Notes under the pieces: model-generated
What the model was told of the DNA's origin: nothing
Databases searched by the model: none
Seen by the model: the letters and a program-made list of their open reading frames with translations, nothing else
From: an uncultured delta proteobacterium
GTDB lineage: Bacteria; Desulfobacterota; RBG-13-43-22
NCBI GenBank assembly: GCA_963802945.1
Contig: CAWDKY010000030.1
Location: 192,001-256,000, forward strand
Length of the DNA stretch: 64,000 nucleotides
Direction: 5' to 3'
Position numbers and translations under genes: made by a program
Shown here: positions 44,629-54,917 of the stretch, piece after piece
Position numbering within the stretch: position 1 is the stretch's first letter
How the letters are laid out: each line of letters starts with the position of its first letter

Positions 44629-45516
44629 TTAAGCGGGATGCGTTCGTATAATAAGCCCTTCCAGGTTTATTCGATCCCTCTGGGAGGTGTTGCGGTGCAG
44701 GGAAAACAGAAAAGCCCCTTCGGTTATGTCCGGCTTTAGAAAAGGAAGACAGTGCCGGCGGAATTTGTCGATGGACAGGCTGTTCAGGATATCAAAACAT
44801 TTCGGGTTTTCAGAACACCCTTTCAACCATTTTTCTTGATGAACTTCCTGATCTTTAGGGATCACCCGATCCAATAAAGGAACCACGTCCACTTTGTCCT
44901 TATCTACCGTCCCCAGAAGTTTGATGAAATTGACCTGAATAAACCGTTTTCGGCAAGGCAGTTTATAAAACATCCGGCCTTCGGAATCAAATTTAATTTC
45001 TTTATAGTTGGTCCCTAAGGCCCAGGTCAAAGAACGCACATTATGATTGATGGCTATATCCTGAAGACCTAATCGCCAGTTTTTCAGGTGAGAGAGGTTG
45101 GTTGTTCCCGCGGCCGAGTCCTTATAGTCAGGGAAATAGGGTTCCAACAACCGCCTAAGGTATCCTCGGGAGAGATTTTCATTACAGGAATTCAGGTCCA
45201 GAATCTCCCGATTTAACTGGCGGATGGTTTTTTTCCATCCTTCCCCGACCCGACGGGCATATAAATTCTGATAATGCTCAAGAGAATCCGGATCCCGGTC
45301 GTTATTCAATTTTTCAAAAGCCAAGTTGATCTCGGCCACTTTTTTAGTCCTCTGAATTTTTAAATCCTGGTCATGCAAAGGAGATCGATCCGGATGATAA
45401 ATGAGCATTAAAGCCCGATAGGAGGCCTTGATCAGAGAAAACAATTCCTCTCCTTTTAAGGCCCGAACCATGGCCGGGGTGATACCCAAAACTTCAAATG
45501 GGTTTTTATTCTTCAT
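44629..45516 (-). CDS. J-domain protein with uncharacterised C-terminal region
   Basis: NPFEVLGI...IKASYRALMLIYHPDR...EINLAFEKL. Confidence 0.8.
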   Translation of the reverse strand: MKNKNPFEVLGITPAMVRALKGEELFSLIKASYRALMLIYHPDRSPLHDQDLKIQRTKKVAEINLAFEKLNNDRDPDSLEHYQNLYARRVGEGWKKTIRQLNREILDLNSCNENLSRGYLRRLLEPYFPDYKDSAAGTTNLSHLKNWRLGLQDIAINHNVRSLTWALGTNYKEIKFDSEGRMFYKLPCRKRFIQVNFIKLLGTVDKDKVDVVPLLDRVIPKDQEVHQEKWLKGCSENPKCFDILNSLSIDKFRRHCLPFLKPDITEGAFLFSLHRNTSQRDRINLEGLIIRTHPA

Positions 45517-45776
45517 AGTTGGGGTATTATACTCAATTATAAATATTAAATCAACCCGTTGATTCCTCATGACCTGTGGCCTCCTCAAAAAGCAATCAAG
45601 GAAATTAATTTTCTGAAAAGATTATTTTTATATTGACATACGAGTTCAAATCTCCTATTTACCATGCCTAAGAAAAGCGTCTCTATCAAAGCCAATCAAG
45701 CAGTCGTGGTCATGATAGGATTTAGAAGCAACGGAAAATCGGTAGACCCTTCGAGGGTTGCCAGAAGCGATGAGGT

Positions 45777-46982
45777 ATGGATATGAATGAATTAGAAGGA
45801 TTCAGAGCATCCGTTCGGAGCTGGCTTGAAGAAAAGGCCCCCAAAGCTTTACGGGGCAAGATGGGAGATATTCTTTCGCCCTATCAGGGTGGAACCAAAA
45901 CACCCCCTCCTTTTCCCGATTCTAGGGCCTGGATGGAAATGATGGTGGAAAAAGGCTGGACTGTGCCTTCCTGGCCCAAGGAGTACGGCGGCGGCGGTCT
46001 GAGTAAAGCGGAGACCAAGGTCCTGAACGAGGAGTTGACCCGTCTAAGGTTACCGCCTCCTTTAACCGGGTTCGGGATCACCATGATCGGTCCTACGCTC
46101 CTGCAATACGGCACCGAGGAGCAGAAAAAAAAGTTTATCCCTGAAATTGTTCACGGGGAAATCCGCTGGTGTCAGGGCTATTCCGAGCCGAATGCCGGGT
46201 CGGATCTGGCCAATATCCAGACCAAGGCCGTGATTGATGGGGATGATTATATCCTTAACGGCCAAAAGATTTGGACCAGTGGTGGGAATATGGCCGATTG
46301 GATTTTTATGCTGGTCCGTACAGACCCCGGAGTCAAAAAACAGGTGGGCATTACCTTCCTGCTGGCTGATTTGAATACCAAAGGCATTGAAATCCGACCG
46401 ATCAAACTGATCAGCGGAGCCAGCATCTTCTGCGAAGTCTTTTTTGAAGATGTGCGCGTTCCTCAAAAGAACGTCCTTAGCCGGGTGAACGGGGGATGGG
46501 AAGTGGCCAAGGCCCTGCTGGGCCACGAACGAACGTCCATTGCCACCCTGGGCACCAGAAGTGTGACGGCCAAGGCCGAAAACCCCGTGGAGGCAGCGGC
46601 CAGAAAGTATATCGGCCTAAGGCATGGGAGGCTGGCCGATGAAGTTATCCGAAACAGGATGGCCCAGATCCAGATGGATGAGTCCTGTTTCCAGCTTACG
46701 GTGCAGCGTAACAGCGACAATATCAAGGCCGGCCACCGGCCCGGCCCGGAGAGCTCCATTTTCAAGGTTTACGGCACGGAGTTGAACCAGAGGCGTCAGG
46801 AGCTTTTGCTTTCCATCCTGGGCCCGGAGTGCCTGGGCTGGGAAGGAGAAGGCTTTGAAGAGGACGAACTGGAGTTGTGTCGAACCTGGCTGCGTTCCCG
46901 GGGGAACACCTTAGAGGGCGGCACCTCAGAGATCCAGTTGAACATCATTGCCAAGCAGGTGTTGGGACTTCCGGACAAATAA
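45777..46982 (+). CDS. Acyl-CoA dehydrogenase, large subunit of a heteromeric (PimC/FadE-like) pair
   Basis: WCQGYSEPNAGSDLA, NGQKIWTS, LGHER, GGTSEIQLNIIAK. Confidence 0.92.
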   Translation: MDMNELEGFRASVRSWLEEKAPKALRGKMGDILSPYQGGTKTPPPFPDSRAWMEMMVEKGWTVPSWPKEYGGGGLSKAETKVLNEELTRLRLPPPLTGFGITMIGPTLLQYGTEEQKKKFIPEIVHGEIRWCQGYSEPNAGSDLANIQTKAVIDGDDYILNGQKIWTSGGNMADWIFMLVRTDPGVKKQVGITFLLADLNTKGIEIRPIKLISGASIFCEVFFEDVRVPQKNVLSRVNGGWEVAKALLGHERTSIATLGTRSVTAKAENPVEAAARKYIGLRHGRLADEVIRNRMAQIQMDESCFQLTVQRNSDNIKAGHRPGPESSIFKVYGTELNQRRQELLLSILGPECLGWEGEGFEEDELELCRTWLRSRGNTLEGGTSEIQLNIIAKQVLGLPDK

Positions 46983-47135
46983 TATAATACAGGTGCAGGG
47001 TTTGAGGTGTAAGGTGCAAGGTAATTAAATCCTCAACCCCAAATCTTTTCAAAAGATCGGTTTTGTTTTTTGGACCTAAAACCTTTTACCTTAAACCTTG
47101 TACCTTAAACCTTTTTTTCAATAGGAGATACGATC

Positions 47136-48278
47136 ATGGAACTAGTTCTCAATGAAGAACAAACCATGCTGGCCAAGACGGCCAAGGATTTCATCAAAGA
47201 CCATTCCCCGATCACCCGCCTGCGCAAACTCAGGGACGACCAGGAACCTCTTGGTTACTCCAAAGAGATGTGGCAAAAGATGGTTGAGTTAGGATGGACC
47301 TGCATTAATTTTTCTGAAGAGGATGGCGGCATGGGGTTGGGCATGGCCGAGGTGGTCCTGGTTACCGAGGCCCTGGGAAGGGGCCTGGCCCCGGAACCCT
47401 TTCTTTCAACCATCATGCTGGCCGGACAGGCCTTATCGATCGGGGGGAGCCAAGAACTCCGTGAACAATGGCTGGGTCCGATTATCGGAGGAGAAAAGGT
47501 TCTGGCCCTGGCCTATCAGGAAAAAGGCGGGCGTTATGACCTTAACCGAATCAAAACGCAGGCCACTAAGACCTCTGAGGGCTATCGCCTGAACGGTGAA
47601 AAAATCCAGGTCCTTGACGGGTACGGCGCGGATGCGATTATCGTCTCGGCCCGCACATCAGGAAAAGATGGCGATGCCGAAGGAATAACCCTCTTTCTCG
47701 TTCCCAAGGAAACCAAGGGTATGACCGTCACCCGTCAATGGCGAGTGGATTCCAGGAATGTGGCCCTGGTCCATTTGAAAGACGTAGAAATTCCGGCCTC
47801 AAATATCGTCGGCATGATTGATCAAGGGAGACCATTGCTGGCCCAGGTCATCGACCTGGCCACAATAGCCCTGTGCGGTGAAATGCTGGGCGGCATGAGC
47901 GCCGCATTCGATCGCATGCTGGGTTATATGAAGGAACGCGTTCAATTTGACGTGGTTATCGGTTCCTTCCAGGCCCTCAAACACCGGGCCGCCAAGGTAT
48001 TTATGGAGATCGAACTTGCCCGATCAATAGTCATGGCTGCGGCCCGGGCTCTGGACACCAATGATAAGAACAAAGAAGCCCTGGTTTCTACGGCCAAAGC
48101 CCGCTGTTCGGATGCCTATATATTGGCCACCAACGAAGGGGTCCAGATACTGGGCGGGATCGGAATGACCGATGAGGAGGATATCGGCTTCTATATGAAG
48201 CGCGCCAGGGCAGCGGAAATGACCTTCGGCGACGCCACTTATCACAAGGACCGGTTAGCCACTTTGAAGGGATATTGA
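47136..48278 (+). CDS. Acyl-CoA dehydrogenase, partner subunit (PimD-like)
   Basis: R.QF...IGSFQALKHR, QILGGIGMTDE, FGDATYH; degenerate N-terminal FAD motif (ALAYQE). Confidence 0.9.
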   Translation: MELVLNEEQTMLAKTAKDFIKDHSPITRLRKLRDDQEPLGYSKEMWQKMVELGWTCINFSEEDGGMGLGMAEVVLVTEALGRGLAPEPFLSTIMLAGQALSIGGSQELREQWLGPIIGGEKVLALAYQEKGGRYDLNRIKTQATKTSEGYRLNGEKIQVLDGYGADAIIVSARTSGKDGDAEGITLFLVPKETKGMTVTRQWRVDSRNVALVHLKDVEIPASNIVGMIDQGRPLLAQVIDLATIALCGEMLGGMSAAFDRMLGYMKERVQFDVVIGSFQALKHRAAKVFMEIELARSIVMAAARALDTNDKNKEALVSTAKARCSDAYILATNEGVQILGGIGMTDEEDIGFYMKRARAAEMTFGDATYHKDRLATLKGY

Positions 48279-48407
48279 TTACCTCTTGAATTCCCTCCGT
48301 TAGCTTAACAACTGTTTATTCCATCCATCTAAAATTTTGATGGTTGCGCCTTGCCCTGCGATTTGGCCCATTGGAGTCGAGATAACCGCAAAACAGTAAC
48401 TTAAAAT

Positions 48408-48439
48408 AAAAAGCCCTGTGTCCCCGCACAGGGCTTTTT
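48408..48439. terminator. Bidirectional intrinsic terminator
   Basis: AAAAAGCCCTGTG-tccccg-CACAGGGCTTTTT between convergent genes. Confidence 0.85.
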
Positions 48440-48494
48440 ACTATCAGAAGTAAAATTGCTTTAGAAATGAGCTTTGAATACCTGTTTTGAAGGA

Positions 48495-49883
48495 TCACGG
48501 TTTCTGTGGAAAAATTTTCCCCGGATTCAGGATGTGATTGGGATCAAAGAGATCTTTAATCTTTTTCATGAGGGTCAAGGAGACCGGATCTAATTCCAGA
48601 GACAGGAATGGGGCCTTGGTCAATCCGACGCCGTGTTCTCCGGAAAGAGTGCCGCCTAATTTAAGGACTGTTTTAAATATCTCGGCTAAGGCCTTTTGGG
48701 CTTTTTCCTTTTCGCCCGTTTTATTCCCATCAAACATGATGTTGACATGAATGTTCCCATCTCCGGCATGGCCGAAACTGACGATCAATAATTCAAAATG
48801 CCGGCCGATGGCCTCAAAACGCTCGATCGCCTCTGGGATCTTTTCACGAGGGACAACGATATCTTCATTGATCTTATTGGGCCGCAAACGAAAAAGGGCC
48901 GGAGAAATGGCCCTCCGGGCTTTCCATAATTCTTCCGCTTCCGAAGGGCTGGCCGCCTTCTCCACCCCCCCTGCCCCGATTCGCCGGCAAAGGCGCTGAA
49001 TCGTTTCTCCCTGCCGGGCCACCGCTTCAAGATCACCGTCCACTTCAAATAGCAGCAGGGCCTGAGACTGAGTGGGCAATCCCAGATGGAGGAATTCCTC
49101 GACACAAGCCATGGATGAATGATCCATAAATTCAAGGGTGGAAGGGAGTATCCCGGCCTTAAAAGTTTCTATCACGGCTTGGGCGGCTAAGGTCATCCGG
49201 TCGAAAAAGGCCAGAATGGTTTGCTTGGCCTCAGGCATAGGAATCAACTTCAAGACCATTTCAGTGATGATTCCCAAGGTCCCTTCGGAACCGACCATCA
49301 AACGGGTCAGATCATAACCGACTACCCCTTTGGCCGTCTGAACCCCGGTTTTTAAAATTGCTCCAGTTGGAAGCACGACCTCCAGACCCAAGACATAATC
49401 CCTCGTTACACCGTATTTTACAGCCCGGCCTCCTCCGGCGCATTCGGCCAGGTTTCCTCCCAAAGTGGAAAAATGGGAAGAGGATGGATCCGGAGGATAG
49501 AAAAGTCCCTTGGCCTCGACAGCCTGTTGCAGATCCCGGGTAATCACTCCCGGTTCAACGACCGCCAGAAAATTATTCGAGTCGATGGTCTTGATCCGGT
49601 TCATTCGCAACAAGACCAGGACCCATCCCCCCCAGATCGGCACCGATCCTCCGCTCATACCCGATCCTGCCCCGCGGGGGACAACGGGGAATTGATAAGC
49701 GTTGGCCAGTCTTACTATTTCGCTGATCTCTTGTGTTGTTCCGGGAAAAAGCACACCATCGGGCCAGGCCTCGATCTGAGTAGCGTCATAGGCATAGCTC
49801 TGTCGATCGGTGTCCCGGTCGGTGATGTACTCTGGCCCGACGATTTTCTCCAGGGCTTTGTAAATTTTTTTATCCATTTTCAT
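48495..49883 (-). CDS. glcD: FAD-linked glycolate/D-lactate dehydrogenase subunit (GlcD-like)
   Basis: PRGAGSGMSGG, YPPDPSS, KYGVTRDYV, GSEGTLG, HAGDGNIH, SGEHGVG, LNPGK. Confidence 0.9.
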   Translation of the reverse strand: MKMDKKIYKALEKIVGPEYITDRDTDRQSYAYDATQIEAWPDGVLFPGTTQEISEIVRLANAYQFPVVPRGAGSGMSGGSVPIWGGWVLVLLRMNRIKTIDSNNFLAVVEPGVITRDLQQAVEAKGLFYPPDPSSSHFSTLGGNLAECAGGGRAVKYGVTRDYVLGLEVVLPTGAILKTGVQTAKGVVGYDLTRLMVGSEGTLGIITEMVLKLIPMPEAKQTILAFFDRMTLAAQAVIETFKAGILPSTLEFMDHSSMACVEEFLHLGLPTQSQALLLFEVDGDLEAVARQGETIQRLCRRIGAGGVEKAASPSEAEELWKARRAISPALFRLRPNKINEDIVVPREKIPEAIERFEAIGRHFELLIVSFGHAGDGNIHVNIMFDGNKTGEKEKAQKALAEIFKTVLKLGGTLSGEHGVGLTKAPFLSLELDPVSLTLMKKIKDLFDPNHILNPGKIFPQKP

Positions 49884-50173
49884 TCAAGTATACCGCAGTG
49901 TTGGAAAAACCTAACACCCCACCACTCCATTACTCCAATACTCTAGTACTCCAAGTGTTTTCCCCCTACCATCATAGAAAAGATGTTACTGCCAAGTCAA
50001 ATAAAAAGAACCGGCTAAAAATCTATTGACAAACAGACCGAATATTTATGATAGTGAACCTGATTTTTCCCTTGAACCCTGGTTTCAAAATCTTAACCCC
50101 TTGAATCCTTAGCATGCATCTTGGTGCTCCAATGGGGTATGTCTATTCTCTTAGAAAGGCGGGCCGGTTTTAG

Positions 50174-51331
50174 ATGTTCCTTCATCTTAATCAGGTGCAA
50201 AGAGAGATACAGGATCGGGTGCGGTCTTTGGTTGCTTCTGAGATCGCCCCGAATGCCGAAAATATCGATGCCCGGGATGAATTTCCTCAGACCAGTTATG
50301 AGGCCTTTAAAAAGGCCGGGCTTTTAAGGCTTTCCCTTCCCTTGGGCTATAACGGCCAGGAGGCGGATTCAACCACGCTTTGCTTAGTTATTAAAGAAAT
50401 AGCCAAGGCCTCTCCGGCTTCAGCCCTTCTGGTGTTCCCCACCCAAGCGGTGATCCGGACCATCCGGGAAGTGGGAACCAGCGAGCAAAAGGAGCGCTTT
50501 TTTTCCGATATGTCCCAAGGAGACAAGCTCTGCGGATTTTGTCTGACCGAACCGAATTATGGTTCGGATGCAGCGTCCCTGCAAACCCGAGCAGTTTTGA
50601 ATGGGCAATATTATCTGGTCAATGGAACAAAATCTTTCATTACCTTGGGACCTCATGCCCATTATTATCTGGTTTTTGTCAGGACGGATAACGGAAAACA
50701 AAGCAGAGGAGTCAGTGCCCTGATTGTTCCTCGCCATGCGCCCGGTTTGTCCTTTGGAAAAAAAGAAAAAAAAATGGGATTGGGAGGTTCGGTAACTACT
50801 GAGATGGTCTTTCAAAATGCCCAAGTGCCCAAAGACAATCTGCTCCTCGGCGAAGGAAGAGGATGGGAAATCCTGGCGCGCCATGCCAACATCATGCGGG
50901 TCTGGGGTGCGGCTTCCATGGCCTTGGGGATTGCTGAAGGGGCCTATGAAGCAGCCCTGGCCTTTGCCAAAAACCGAAGCCAGTTCAAACAAGCGACAGC
51001 CTCTTTCCAAGCCGTTGGTTTTATGCTGGCAGACATGAAAATCGCTATTGAGGCAGCCAAATCTTTGATCTTTAGAACGGCGGCCATGGTTGACGCCCGG
51101 GAAGGCTCATTTCGCGATATAGAGACCCTAGTTTCCATGTGTAAATGTTATGCCTCGGATATGGCCATGAAAATCACCATTGATGCGGTCCAGATCTTTG
51201 GTGAGGCCGGGTACATGAAAGGATCTCCAGTCGAACGGATGATGCGGGATGCCAAGGCAATCCAGATTTTCGACGGCACCAATCAGATCCAGCGGATAGT
51301 CGTCTCCAGGAATCTTTTAAGGAAAAAATAA
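50174..51331 (+). CDS. Acyl-CoA dehydrogenase family protein (IFDGT at the usual IYEGT site)
   Basis: FCLTEP..GSD, NGTKSFIT, KKMG, AVQIFG, RDAKAIQIFDGTNQIQR. Confidence 0.92.
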   Translation: MFLHLNQVQREIQDRVRSLVASEIAPNAENIDARDEFPQTSYEAFKKAGLLRLSLPLGYNGQEADSTTLCLVIKEIAKASPASALLVFPTQAVIRTIREVGTSEQKERFFSDMSQGDKLCGFCLTEPNYGSDAASLQTRAVLNGQYYLVNGTKSFITLGPHAHYYLVFVRTDNGKQSRGVSALIVPRHAPGLSFGKKEKKMGLGGSVTTEMVFQNAQVPKDNLLLGEGRGWEILARHANIMRVWGAASMALGIAEGAYEAALAFAKNRSQFKQATASFQAVGFMLADMKIAIEAAKSLIFRTAAMVDAREGSFRDIETLVSMCKCYASDMAMKITIDAVQIFGEAGYMKGSPVERMMRDAKAIQIFDGTNQIQRIVVSRNLLRKK

Positions 51332-51424
51332 ACATAAGACAGTTAACTTTTTACCTTTTACATTTTATATTTTGTATTTCACATTTTATTACCAATTATT
51401 ACCAATGATCAGGAGGAATAATTC

Positions 51425-53199
51425 ATGCGACCTTATTTTGAAAAGATGGACGATTTAGGTAAACCCATCAAACCCGCCCAGATAGAGAAGATGGCAGAAA
51501 ACCGGGCACAGATTGAGGCGGTAGTCAAAGAAGTGGAAGCGGAGATCGAGCGGGTCAAGAAGGCCGGACTGCCGGCTGAAAAAATCCATGAGCGGAAAGA
51601 GATGACCGTTTGGGACCGGATTGAATATCTGGTCGATCCGGGAACGTTCTGCCCTCTTCATACCTTATATAATCCAAAAGATAACGAAGAAGGGACCACC
51701 GGAGTGATCGACGGCCTGGCCCGCATCAGCGGACGGTGGTGTGTCCTGATCGGTTTTGATAATAAGGTCATGGCCGGGGCCTGGATCGCCGGACAGGCGG
51801 AAAACCAGTTGCGGGTGACGGATTTGGCCAAACGTCTTCACATCCCTCTGGTCTGGCTGGTCAACTGTTCCGGGGTCAAGCTCACCGAACAGCAGGAAGT
51901 CTATGCCGATCGACGGGGAAACGGGACCACCTTCTTCCGCCATGCCGAACTGGAAAAATTGGGCATCCCGGTCCTGGCCGGGATATATGGAACCAACCCG
52001 GCCGGCGGCGGTTATCAGGGGATCAGCCCCACCATTCTGTTGGCCCATAAGAACTGCAATATCGCCGTCGGCGGCGGCGGTATCGTCAGCGGTATGAGTC
52101 CCAAAGGGACTTTTGATGAAGAGGGTGCCGAACAGATCATTGAGGCCACCCGGCACTTCAAACAGGTCCCTCCGGGCAGTGTCAAAATCCATTATGATTC
52201 CACCGGATTTTTCCGGGCCGTCTTTGAAGAAGAAACCCAGGTCCTGGATGCCTTGAAAGAGTATATGGCCGAAATACCGGCCTATCATCCTCGGTTTTTT
52301 CGGGTGGCCAAACCGGCCGACCCCAAATATCCCCTTTCGGATCTGCCTCCATTATTGCCTTTAACCAAAAAGCGGTCTATGACTTCGATAACTTCCTGGC
52401 CCGTCTGGTGGACTCAAGCGAACACCTGGAGTTTCGTCCCGGGTATGGACCGGAGGTCTATACCGGGCTGGTCAAAGTGGATGGTTTTTTGTTGGGGGTC
52501 ATCGGTAATCGACAAGGTTTTCTTGGGGCCAATTATCCGGAATATACCAATGAATATATCGGGATCGGCGGAAAACTTTATCGCCAGGGCCTGATCAAGC
52601 TGAATGAATTCGTCACCCAATGCGGACGGGACCGGGTGCCGATCGTCTGGTTTCAGGACACCTCGGGGATCGATGTGGGGGATATTGCCGAGAAGGCCGA
52701 ACTGCTGGGTCTGGGTCAATCCCTGATCTATTCCATCGAACAGACCGATGTGCCCATGATGTTGGTGGTCTTAAGAAAAGGCACGGCTGCGGCCCATTAT
52801 ATCATGGGCGGCCCGACGGCCAACAATCACAATGCCTTCACTCTGGGCACGCCGACGACCGAGATCTATGTCATGCACGGCGAGACGGCTTCCGTGGCCT
52901 CTTTTTCCCGAAGGCTGGTCAAAGAAAAGGACAGCGGCAAACCCTTACAGCCGGTGATCGATAAGATGAATGCCCTGGCCCAGCAGTATTACGATCAATC
53001 CCGGCCCATTTATTGTGCCAAACGGGGCTTTGTGGATGAAGTGGTCCGCTATGAGGCCATTCGACTTTACCTGAAGGCCTTCGCCGGCAGTGCCTACCAG
53101 AACCCCATCTCCATCTGCCCCCATCATCACATGATGCTGCCGCGAATGATCCGTTCCCAGATCGTCAAAGGATTAGACCGACCCAAGAAGGAAGGGTAG
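51425..53199 (+). CDS. gcdA: Glutaconyl-CoA decarboxylase alpha (carboxyltransferase) subunit (frameshift near 52360)
   Basis: DNKVMAGAW, NCSGVK, GIYGTNPAGGGY.GISP, IGGKLYRQGL, QDTSGIDVG, AAAHYIMGGP, VMHGETA. Confidence 0.9.
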
Positions 53200-53254
53200 A
53201 TAAGAACGTTTAACTTGCAATTCCCCACATCTTGATGGGAGGATACCTCTGAAG

Positions 53255-53349
53255 TCCTCTCCCTTGACGGGAGAGGATTTAGGTGAGGGTGAAACTGAAA
53301 TAATGTTTTATCCTTTGATACCCCGCAGCTTGCTGCGGGGAGCTTCATT
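53255..53349. repeat. Two REP-like hairpins
   Basis: TCCTCTCCC-ttgac-GGGAGAGGA and CCCCGCAGC-tt-GCTGCGGGG-AGCTTCA; degenerate reverse copy of the second at 36054-36083. Confidence 0.7.
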
Positions 53350-53407
53350 GAAACGGGCCTGAGGATTTTATTTTGGATTGGCGATAAGGAAATTTGAAAA
53401 AGAGGAT

Positions 53408-53436
53408 AAAAAAGGGAGGCTAAGCCTCCCCTTTTT
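53408..53436. terminator. Bidirectional intrinsic terminator
   Basis: AAAAAAGGGAGGC-taa-GCCTCCCCTTTTT between convergent genes. Confidence 0.85.
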
Positions 53437-53506
53437 ATTTTAAAAAACAAGGTTGTTTTTCAAAGGACTACCAAAACCGTCAATTAAGTTGCAACTACTC
53501 TGACTT

Positions 53507-54352
53507 TCACCTTTTTTGTAGCCCTCCATGTGGGCTTGGTCCAGGCGCTCGGGATACACCGTGCTGTTGGAAACCAGGTCCGGGCCCTCCAGCATGCGGG
53601 TGTAATCCAGGTCCGGGTCCTCCAGCATGCGGGTGTAATCCAGGTCCGGGCCCTCCACCATGCGGGCGGAATCCACCGTGTCCTCCCCATCCATGGTCAT
53701 AGGGTCTCAATCCATATCCATAAGGTGGCCTCCACCCATGTCCGTGCCAACCCCCGCCATACCATCGACCACCAGGCCCCCAATACCCTGGATACCATTC
53801 ATATCCTCGAGGGTGTCGACCACGCCAGAGGCCGGGATGCCAAATTCCGCCCTCCCAAAAACCAGGAACCCAGACCATCCCAGGAGCCACTGGTCTAATT
53901 CTCGCCCAATGAGCAGGACGCCAGCGGCCCAAGTACCAGTATCCTGGAACCCATTCATATCCAGATACGGATGGTGGAGGGGCCGGCACCCATTGGCCAT
54001 TTTGCCAGACATAAGGAGCATCTGCAGGAGGGGCAGGGACCAATATCCATCCCCCCTCAGATTGAACCCATATTTGTCCAGAAGGTGGAGCAGCCAACAT
54101 CACTGGTGGTGGCGGCGGTGGAATGAACGCCAGAGGTCCTAGTGGTCCGAATCTAGGTCCGGGCCCTCGGAATCCTGGTGGCGGCGGTCGGAATCCCGGT
54201 CCGGGCGGGTGAAATACAGGTCCGGGCCCTCCAGGTCCATGCGGTCCGGGTGGCGGCGGCGGAACAGCTATTGCTAAACTGCAAAGTGAAACCAGGAAAA
54301 AGACACAAAAAAGAATTCGTACCATAGACTCTAAAAATTTTTTTCTCTTCAT
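53507..54352 (-). CDS. Exported Pro/Gly/His-rich protein with WxPGxW (YXWGXW-type) repeats
   Basis: Signal peptide; WVPGYW, WVPGFW, WYPGYW; 33-bp repeat encoding GPGPGLHPHAG at about 53574-53672. Confidence 0.8.
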   Translation of the reverse strand: MKRKKFLESMVRILFCVFFLVSLCSLAIAVPPPPPGPHGPGGPGPVFHPPGPGFRPPPPGFRGPGPRFGPLGPLAFIPPPPPPVMLAAPPSGQIWVQSEGGWILVPAPPADAPYVWQNGQWVPAPPPSVSGYEWVPGYWYLGRWRPAHWARIRPVAPGMVWVPGFWEGGIWHPGLWRGRHPRGYEWYPGYWGPGGRWYGGGWHGHGWRPPYGYGLRPYDHGWGGHGGFRPHGGGPGPGLHPHAGGPGPGLHPHAGGPGPGFQQHGVSRAPGPSPHGGLQKR

Positions 54353-54740
54353 CTGTCCCCCTTCTCCCTTGGCAATAACTACAAAAAAAATCGTTTAAGC
54401 TTGAATGCGTGTTTTTACATTAGACTCCTTTAAATTAGTTTAAAATTATTCCCACCTCCCTCCATAAGAAATATTTTACTGTTTAATTTCATAATGTCAA
54501 TAATATTGAAATCCCGATTACTGCCTCTCTCTTTTTGTGGTCTTATTTCTCCTTCCCCCATCTAATCCTGAATGAAGCACAACTGGTTCACAACGAAGCC
54601 TTTTGATGATCCGTTCCCTCTATTTTTCCCCTTGACCGTATCTTTTTCCTGTCCTATATTCTTTTCGTCCAATAAAAATTCCTGATGCCGGATATCGGAT
54701 TGAAGCAGGGACTACGGAAGGAAAAAATTAATCGAGGGGC

Positions 54741-54892
54741 CAAGGAAAGGTTTAAGGTTTAAGGCGTAAGGTCCAAAGTAAAACCTCAAACCATAGACCT
54801 TGTGCCTTTTATGAATATGGAATGTCGAAGTTAGACAGAAACCAATCCATTCATAATTCGAAATTCGACATTCGAAATTCATTGTTCGTATT
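54741..54892. repeat. AAGG-nnn / nnn-CCTT heptamer pair plus heptamer-armed element copy 4 (reverse)
   Basis: AGAAACCAATCCATTCAT at 54837-54854 is the reverse complement of the core. Confidence 0.8.
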
Positions 54893-54917
54893 TTTAAACT
54901 AAACCAAGGAGGTCTTT

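Noticed and set aside
45690-45775. Riboswitch before the ACAD pair (GGTAGACCC-TTCG-AGGGTTGCC hairpin)
   Set aside because: Only one short hairpin; no aptamer consensus or terminator
53574-53672. 33-bp direct repeats as a mini-CRISPR
   Set aside because: Head-to-tail with no spacers; they encode an 11-aa repeat in frame
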